This document shows positions 54,925 through 64,000 of a stretch of 64,000 nucleotides of DNA, piece by piece. Location of the stretch: NCBI GenBank assembly GCA_964016885.1, contig OZ024741.1, positions 88,846,001 through 88,910,000 on the forward strand. Reading direction: 5' to 3'. The position numbers were made by a program, and so were the translations under genes. Numbering within the stretch: the stretch's first letter is position 1; every line of letters begins with the position of its first letter. The stretch is from Eledone cirrhosa. Taxonomy: Eukaryota. The notes below the pieces were generated by a model. The model was not told where the DNA came from, did no database searches, and saw only the letters and a program-made list of their open reading frames with translations.

Positions 54925-55872
54925 ATGTCCCAGTAAGCCACGTAACTACTTGATGATAGGGATCGAGTTGAGGTTAGGAAAAAATGTCAAAGTTTGTAAA
55001 TACTAACAGGCTTTGAATGATGGAGGTGTTAAAGATTTTTACACATGTGGATTCAGGCAATGGATTATAAGTATATATTGCTTACAAATTAAAACCTAAC
55101 AGCAATACCTTAAACGGTTTAATACTTCATATAAAGTTGCCAGAGGCCGCTATTAATGATACTGATAACAATGACGGTGATGATAACATTATATTAGATT
55201 TGTTGCTTGCAATCACATTACAATAAATCATAGCCCTTGATCTAATGACTACATGTAATCATGATCATCATCGTTTAACGTCTATCTTCCACGCTAACAT
55301 GTAGTAGCTCAGTTAAACCCAAACTACAAATATTATAGCACTTTAAACCTTTTGTTACTATAGTTGATATTAAGAAAGTTAGTTATATTACTGAATCCTT
55401 TCAAACATTCTATTAATTTCAAAATTATTTTAACTATAGTAACAAAAGGTTTAAAGTGCTATAATATTTGTAGTTTGGGTTTAACTGAGCTACTACATGT
55501 TAGCGTGGAAGATAGACGTTAAACGATGATGATCATGATTACATGTAGTCATTAGATCAAGGGCTATGATTTATTGTAATGTGATTGCAAGCAACAAATC
55601 TAATATAATGTTATCATCACCGTCATTGTTATCAGTATCATTAATAGCGGCCTCTGGCAACTTTATATGAAGTATTAAACCGTTTAAGGTATTGCTGTTA
55701 GGTTTTAATTTGTAAGCAATATATACTTATAATCCATTGCCTGAATCCACATGTGTAAAAATCTTTAACACCTCCATCATTCAAAGCCTGTTAGTATTTA
55801 CAAACTTTGACATTTTTTCCTAACCTCAACTCGATCCCTATCATCAAGTAGTTACGTGGCTTACTGGGACAT
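54925..55872. repeat. Long palindrome: 441-bp inverted arms (54925-55365, 55432-55872) with a 66-bp spacer
   Basis: Outer and inner coordinate sums are equal (110797), so there is no net indel. No mismatch was seen in the segments compared. Confidence 0.95.
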
Positions 55873-57445
55873 AAAATATGTTCTGACATAAAATATTGAT
55901 GGTTTTTAAATGAATATAACACTTTAAAATAAAGAGCTTGGTGTTATACAAAGAGGGGCAGTTTTAAACAAGAATTTGGAAGTATTTAGTAATATAACTA
56001 ACTCTCTCATTATTAAGCTGGTGCTTGGAGCATAACTTAAGAAAAGTTCTCACATAAAATTATGGTGAAGGCTTTTAGATAAATATAACACTTTAAAATA
56101 AAGAACTTTGAGCTGTTCAAATAGGGTCAGTTTTAGACAGTTCGATATCAAAAGGTTTAAGTGATCCTTCAATCATAACAAAGGTCCATTAAAATTTATA
56201 ATTAGGGGCTTTGTGTACTTAGGATGTACAACAAACATATGATTATAAAAAGTATTAAATTCAAGACATAACAATCACTACCTCAAAATGTCACTACACA
56301 AGTTTTATTCAAGACATACACCAGCACATACAGTATATCAAGATGCTAAATTGGCAGAGCCATTAGAAGGTTGAACAGAATATTTTGCAGTATTTGTTTC
56401 AACACTCTGCACTCTCCAAGTTCAAATTTGCCTGTCATCTTTTTGAGATTGATAAAAAAAAAGTACATCCGGTTGACTCTTTCTCATTTCTTTCTCTTGC
56501 TCTCATATGAAGAGTTACAGGTTAATACATATAGTATATCACTTCAACACCCGTTGCACCAAGCTAAACACTCAAATAACATTACTTTAATCCTTTATAA
56601 CTGTATTTTGAATAAAAAACACAATTTCAATTAATTAATGATGGATTTTGAGGAATTTATTAAAATTATTAATTATTTCATTACTAAGATAGTAACTTAA
56701 TATATAGTTAGTTCTGTTATAACATTATGTTGAAAGATTATAATTTAAATAGCTATCCTTTAAAAGGAATGTTTTGTTTCATAGAAGCAGAGCCAGTTTT
56801 AGCAGATTTAGTATCAAAAGGGTTCATGCACTCCCAAATACCATCAGAGGAGACATTAATGAATGCAACACATCCTGGTACAAAAACAATACAGATAACA
56901 CCAGAGTTGACATAGTGATATCACAACTAGGCTCTCTTTACATCCTAAACAATATGTACTGACACACCCACATATCCCCTACCACCATCAAATTAATTAC
57001 AACTCATCTTCAGATATCACCTTATGCACCACACATCTAATAGTATAAGACAGTAAAGAAAGCAAAACACACAAACATACCTAAAACATTCACTCAAATG
57101 TTCTACATATTTCCAACACAAAGAAACAATGGAGCTCCTATGAGGATACCTAATCCACTAAAAATAATAGCTAAAACTCTCCCTTAAATCACACCATAAC
57201 ATGTTAAAAGAAGGGCATTGTGGATAATGTATGTCTGGAATGGTCATAATTGAAGCATTTCTGATCATGTCTCCTCAAGCAGTATTCAAATGTATTCAAT
57301 CCATCCTTACTTTCGCCCCCAACAAAATTGTAATAAACTATAAAACAGAGAACATTGCATCCCCTCAGGCAGCACAAATTTCCCTGCTCAAACCCCCTTC
57401 TCCACCCACTGCCTCTTCTTGTTCAGCTGAGAACACACTTAACCT

Positions 57446-57890
57446 AGTGATGACACCACGATAAAATGTGACCAATTAATTCTATAAAATAGTAATGCTG
57501 ACACCATGATAAAATGTGCCTAGTCAGTTCTGTAAAGTGGTAGTGCTGGTGGCATGACAAAATGTGCCCAGTTAATTCTGTAAAGTGGTAGTGTTAGTGC
57601 CATGATAAAATGTGCCCAGTTAATTTAGTAAAGTGGTAATGCTGGCACCACAATAAAATGCACCCAGCTCTTCACCCTGTGAAGTGAAAGTACTGGTGTC
57701 ACAATAAACTGCACCCAGTACATGCTGTAAAATAGTTCACATTAGAAAGAGCATCCAGCTGTAGAAATCATGCCTAAATGAAAGGTATGAGCATAATGTA
57801 GTCATCTAACTTGTCAAATCTGAGAAAATGATAGCCTATCCAACCCATACCAGCATGGAAAAGGGACATAAAATGGTGATGGTGATGATG
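57446..57890 (+). repeat. 48-bp minisatellite (about 6 units) leading into an RTE-type 3' tail
   Basis: GATAAAATGTG-like anchors at 57460, 57508, 57556, 57604 and 57652, then GCATCCAGCTGTAGAAA...CAGCATGGAAAAGGGACATAAAATGGTGATGGTGATGATG. Confidence 0.8.
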
Positions 57891-58101
57891 AAATGTCTAC
57901 CATTTGTAATTGGTATAGAACTAAATAAATTGTGAGATTTTGAGATGTGATACCATTTCAATAAAATGGCTATAAAAAATTAAATTACAGTGATTAAAGG
58001 CCATTGCAAGCTTTTCATGCATTTTCAAACATTGTTATATTGCGATCCATTATCTCAGTTTTAATACACTGATACAAAGCATATAAATGAATCCTAAGTT
58101 A

Positions 58102-59805
58102 TCCCTGTAGAGCTTCGTGGAAGGGGCACACGCAGTTTGCTTGATCATTTTCATGTAAAAATACATTTTTTTCTGTAGACAATTATATATTTGAAAATTC
58201 TGGATATGAACTTTCTTCTCATATACTTCTGATCAAAATCCGACACCCGACACTTACACATCATGCCTGGTCGCAAATTCAATAAGGCCATTGCCAAGGC
58301 TTAAAACTTAACCAAAGTGTTAGTAATATTCATCAAGAAAATTATTCAATTTAATTTAATTATTAACGAAACTTTCTCAGAATTACATGTAGACCTAGAC
58401 TAAAAAAACAAATTGTGAAAACTAATTCCTGTAAACAAACTTATTAGTAGGAAAGAAAAAAAGAAAAAAAAAACAAATGTGAAAACAAATTCCTTTCATT
58501 AAAATCATCATCTATAAGCTCATTAAAAGGAGAAAGAGAGAGAAAACAACCACAATCGGCTCTACTTGTGAAAATGTAAACACTGGTATAAATTATCCGA
58601 CTGTTATTCAAAATCTGGAAAAAAAAAAAAATCACATTCATTGCACAATATAATTTTTATTGGTGAAATTTGACCAACATTTTTCAATGAAAAACGAAAA
58701 TTTTGACCTCGCTCTCCACATGTTAAAGCAGCAAGAGAGAAGAAACATTCTCAATACGACAATTCCATGCTAATTTTGTTCAGAATTTTTCGGCGGAGAA
58801 GGGGAGGATATTAGTCAAATTCTGCCAATAAAAACTATATTGTGTAGTGAATATTATTTTGAAGACTATTAAAGTCTGATGTGATGTTTTTTTTATTTTT
58901 CTCAATTTCAATATAGTCGGATCATTTCTACCAATGTTTACATTTTCACAAACAGAGCCGATTGTTGTTGTTTCTCTCTCTTGTGTAAAGAGTTTACTTA
59001 CAGATGATTTTTATGCAAGGAATTAGTTTTCACATTTTGTTTGTGTTTTAATCTAGGTCTACATGTAATTCTGAGAGATTGAATAATTTTATCGATAAAT
59101 ATCACTAACACTTTGTTTAGTAATGCTAGAAGATTTATGTAGCTAAATTTAGTGCATATTTTCAAGGAAATATGTTTACTTAACAATTAATTCGTCCATT
59201 TCTTGAATTTCTGGTTCAAACTCGATATTTGAAGCCTTGGATTTGTGTTCCGTCAGAGCTCTCACTGCTCAGGAATATACCATTTTGACAAGTAGCGTCA
59301 ATATACGATACAAACATCCATGGTATTATTCCCTTTTTATTAACTTTGTGCTGTTGCACCTTCTCGTGGCCAGAATTGGCAACGTCTGTATTGAATTTGC
59401 AAGAAAATTGTTCTTTTCTAAGTGAAAATTACAATAAAATTTTCACTTTTATATTTCATAATCATTATCTGACCTTCGATTTTTAAATCAAAATAAAGCA
59501 AAAATAAGTCCTCTTTCATGACTGTCATTTTCAACACAAATCAAGTTATATTGCTCCAGCACATTGAACTAAAAATTAGCATTACCATTCAGCAGTCAAA
59601 AATAAATATGTAAATATGTGGAAATACGAGGGTGACTGAGGGCATCTGGCATATGTAAGTGTTGAATTTTGATCAAAAGTATATGAGAAGAAAGTTCACA
59701 TCCAGAACTTCTCAAATGTATTTTGACATGAAAATGATTGAGCAATAAATAGATTTTTGCATGGTCAAACTGTGCTTCTCCCCCTTCTACATGGCTCTAC
59801 AGTGA
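58102..59805. mobile_element. Non-autonomous fold-back DNA element with long imperfect TIRs and a probable TA target duplication
   Basis: TA|TCCCTGTAGAGC...GCTCTACAGTGA|TA. Outer IR about 58102-58267/59641-59805; inner IR about 58305-58680/58808-59125. Confidence 0.75.
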
Positions 59806-60760
59806 TACCTACTAACATACACAATCATACTAGACATGGGTAGGAAGCAACATGACCAGATTATCAAGGTGTACACACACTACCCAAGAAACCACTGTAT
59901 CAGGAACAATGGATCTTTGGGTGAAACCTAGTTGATCTGATTGACAGCCCACATAATATGAATCTGACCAAGTCTGAACTGTAAACATCGCATGGCAATG
60001 GCTGTGTAAGTATAACTGTACCAACAGGGTGAGTAAAAACCTGTTGTTTATGTGAAAACTTCCACTAAAATTGTTTCTAATTTAAGCACAAACCCAGTAA
60101 TTTGAGGAAAGGAGAATTTGATTAAATCGATCCCAGTACTTATCAATCAACCTGGGAAGGATGAAATTGACCTCAGTGGGATTAAATGTAAAGAGCAGGA
60201 ACCAATACTACAAAGCATTTTGTCTGAAGCTCTAGTATTTCTGCCAATCCACCACTAAAATTAAAGAGAAACAGGTCCCTTTATTCCATCTAGAGTGCAA
60301 CCTTGTTCAAGAAACAGACCACTGCTGTTTTCTTCATCTCCTGACTCTTTAGATACCACACACACCCAGTTTCCCACCCCACTACCACTTTTGCTCACCC
60401 ATCCAAATGAAAGTTCAGTGTGCTGGTGGTAGTGGTGAGGAGAAGGCTGGTGGAAATGGATGGATTAGTATGTGCTGGATGAGCAGCAGTATCAGTAGAA
60501 GCACCCCAAGTGAGAAATGTAACAGCACACTTCATAACAACCCAGCTCAAACAGCAGGGAATGGGGATACAGTAAGTACAGCAAGGCCCACTTAGATTTG
60601 GCTTAAGTCCATGAAAACTCATAAATATAAAAATAAAAACCACCACTTCCACTTCAGTAACAACAATAATTAACCTATGAAGTTTAATCTATCTACCACT
60701 ATCTCACCCAGCAAAATAATATTCCTGATGACCCAGCTTTATTATCACTGCAATAACTAC

Positions 60761-60980
60761 CACCACTATACCCTACATCACTGCTACAACCACTACCACT
60801 ATACCCTAGATCACTACTACAACCACTGATACCCTACATCACTACTACAACCACTGCGAGACCCTAGATCACTGCTACAACCACCACAATACCCTAGATC
60901 ACTATTACCACCACCATGATACCCTATCACTGCTACAACTACATGCCACCATTATAACCTATATCATTGTTACAACTACC
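60761..60980. repeat. ~30-bp minisatellite (ATACCCTAGATCACTGCTACAACCAC)
   Basis: About 7 degenerate units. Confidence 0.85.
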
Positions 60981-61636
60981 CCTGTCCACTTCTATAACCA
61001 CAAGTATTACCACTACCAAAAATAACATCTAACTCTTTTTTTTTCTATGCTATCATCAAAAGAGAACTTTGGAAATCTGTCCCTTGTAGAAAATAAGAGT
61101 TCATAAAGGAGAAGGCAGGTAATATGGAAATATCCTTGCTAGCTGAAAGTGATTAGCTAGTAGGGTCACCTACCCCACCAACATTCCCTTCAACACTGAC
61201 TCACAACCTCTTACTACCACTCTCTTGCCAATCCCTCATCCTAAACTACTACCACCACCATTACCCCTCCTCCCTCCGTGTGAACAGCTCAGAGCTTCAT
61301 TCACAGAGAAACAACCTCCTTTCATTCAGTATAAATGGAGGCTTAGCAATGTGTGTGTGTGTGTAGGTATATAGCTTGTTGATGTTACAAGAGAAACTAA
61401 CAAACAGCATGACAATCCCTTTAGGACATAATCAGCTGAGTTCCCACAGGAGACTCCATGAAGAGAGGGAGGGGGCTTTATGCACCACAGTGAAATCACT
61501 GCACTGTGTCACTCCCATTAATAAATGTATGAGAGAGAGGAGGAGAAAAAGAGATGTAGAAAATACATAAATTCTAGCTCAGAATATCTTTTTTACTTCT
61601 TTCCACACACTCCCATCCCCACCTTCTCTCTCTCTC

Positions 61637-61646
61637 GTGTGTGTGT

Positions 61647-61719
<73 letters not shown>

Positions 61720-61755
61720 TGCGCGTGCGTGCGTGCGTGCGTGCGTGCGTGTGTG
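61637..61755. repeat. (GT)n grading into (GC)n/(GCGT)n microsatellite
   Basis: Direct reading. Confidence 0.97.
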
Positions 61756-62849
61756 TTACAGACAAGCTGACACATGCATACACAAAAACCCCAAAAATTA
61801 ATTTTATGGTGATGCATTAATGACTTCTTAATTAGCCCCAGAAGCCAGTTGTGAAGAAATACATTCATACATGGTATGTAGTGGGTTTTTTTTTTTCATG
61901 TATGTAATGTTCTGATGTAGGAGATTCAATGCCGCCATGGAGAATCTAGGAGAGTCATGAGAGTATAGGGTATTTGTCCCGGCTCTCTGCAGAGGTCAAC
62001 TTTGCTTTTCATCTAGTGAAGGTTGATAAAATAACGTGCATTGTAATAGCTTCAAGCCTTTTTCAGGACTCCCAAAACTGGTGTGGGGTAAGGAAGGACT
62101 TATCCTCATATCAGAGACCTGGTGCAAATACTTACCTTACACAGAGTGTACTCATCTAAAGATATTTAAGGACCAGTTGCTTGGCATTCCACTACTAAGA
62201 TAGCTGTGACATGATGACAGTTTTTTAAACATTCATAGCGAAAATCTCATATGTTTATTATGCATAAACATATCGTATAAGCTTTCATATACAGCCTTAT
62301 CATGAAACACGCTATGTTAGTACCATCCAATGCCCTCTCTTGTCGATGAAACTGCTATGAAATATAGTTACTCAACACCTATCAGCCATATTTGTACAAG
62401 TTGTCTATTCTATATACATCAGCTGATGTATAATCATTAGTATTTGATAAAACCTAATGGTTAGTGGTAATGGTGCGATAGTAGCTTGTAAACAGTAAAC
62501 TATTTAAATACAAACCAAACATAAACACATAAGTTACAATGAGGTAATTGACACAATGTCATATATTCTTTCATTTTGCAATGTAGGTCTCTAGAGAAAT
62601 AAATAATTCTCCTCCACATAAAACAAACACCAACATTTTACCATATGAATATAAGCCAACAAAAAAAAAAAATCAATGGTAGAAGGGGGAGACTTAAATC
62701 CGCAATAATTATTTCAACGATTTTCACCAACTTCAAATTCTACATAAGTTTTGGACTTTTTCCCCATTTTCTCAGACATAAAATAGTGGGGTTGGCTTAT
62801 ATTTGAGCATATACGGTACTTCTTACATTGTGCAAAATGTTCTTGTTGG

Positions 62850-63180
62850 ACATCTGTCATCTCTGATGGCAAGTGCTTCAGTTGATTCAATCAACAGAAC
62901 TGCCTAGTTGTGAAATTAACATGCAAGTGGCCGAGAATTCCACAGGCACACGCCCACTTACTGTAGTTCTCAGGGAAATTCAGCATGACACAGTGGGTGA
63001 CAAGGCTGGCCCTTTGAATTACAAGTACAACTTATTTTAGCTAGCTAAGTGGACTGGAGCAATATGAAATAAAGAGTCTTGCTCAAAGACATAACATGCT
63101 ACCTGGTTTAAGAATTGAAATCATGGACTTCATAATCATGTGACCAGCTCCCAAACCACTATACCATGCTCCTTCACCGA
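62850..63180 (-). mobile_element. SINE family 1
   Basis: Reverse complement of the 1130-1442 family (GTGGACTGGAGCAATATGAAATAAAGAGTCTTGCTCAAAGAC on +). Confidence 0.75.
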
Positions 63181-63567
63181 AGCATGTACAACACATTTTT
63201 GTGTTTTAGATTCATAAGAATAAAAAAAAAGCCTTATTCATAGTTTGATTTTGGTGAACCAAAAAAGCACATACTGTGTGAAATTTTTTTCTGACCCACC
63301 TTTATCTACAGCAATATCGGATGAAGCCTCAAAAACTACACAGGTTTTTAGACCTACCTGTCCATGATGGCCAAGTGTAGGTTGGATAGGTAGGTTGCTT
63401 GCTCCGAGGCAGAGGGTCAGGCTAATATTGGAATAGATGTTTTACAGCTTAGGCACCATATTTAATGATGAAAATGTATTTAGTGATATCACTGTGGTGA
63501 TAATTCTAGATGAATGTAAAAAAAAACTTCTAGCCACCAAATAAAGTGGGGTAGGAGTGCATAATAC

Positions 63568-63700
63568 TGAACACACTAATAATACAACAGTGAACATGCA
63601 CTAACACAACAGTGAACACACTAATAACAAGATAGCAAACATACACTAACAACACAATACTGAACCATCACTAGCAACATATACTGAACACACTAATAAT
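63568..63700. repeat. ~21-bp degenerate minisatellite (ACTGAACACACTAATAATACA)
   Basis: About 6 units. Confidence 0.7.
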
Positions 63701-63880
63701 TGTTTCTACTTTTGGCACACGGCCAGCAATTACCCAGTGCATTACTGGTACTTTATTTTATTGACCCCCCGTCAGGGTGAAAGGCAAAGTTAACCTCGGC
63801 AGGATTTGAACTCAGATTGGAAAAGGCCGTAACTCTATGCGTCAAAGCATGGCATCCGACCCTCTACCGCCAATCCACCG
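63700..63880 (-). mobile_element. SINE family 2
   Basis: Close match to 40318-40506. Confidence 0.8.
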
Positions 63881-64000
63881 AACCCACTAACACAAACATA
63901 TTGACAGTGTTTCCAAGGTTTGCAGAACATTTTACTATATTTGTAACTAAGTATTCTATGACTTGAAAAATAATTAGAAAAGGAAAAAAGAAAAGGGTCC

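Noticed and set aside
57446-57740. Regularly spaced repeats as a possible CRISPR array (also 44690-45126 and 60761-60980)
   Set aside because: No unique spacers, no cas genes and a eukaryotic context; these are ordinary minisatellites.

Overview
AT-rich, repeat-dominated eukaryotic genomic DNA. I found no host protein-coding exon that I can support. The repeat mix suggests an octopod cephalopod (inference): RTE-clade LINEs with (GAT)n tails, tRNA-headed SINEs, very long (TA)n arrays and Penelope-like elements. From about 5 to 24.5 kb the window is a mosaic of element fragments, each bounded by (TA)n. It contains a Penelope-like (PLE) RT/GIY-YIG ORF, several minimal hammerhead-ribozyme motifs, two ~620-bp tandem arrays, five RTE pieces, and a tRNA-like Pol III cassette with direct repeats and a fold-back end. 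The rest holds SINEs, TTAA-flanked piggyBac-like MITEs, further RTE/PLE relics, minisatellites, a 1.7-kb fold-back element, and an apparently perfect palindrome with 441-bp arms (54925-55872). Coordinates and alignments were read by eye, so degenerate boundaries are approximate.
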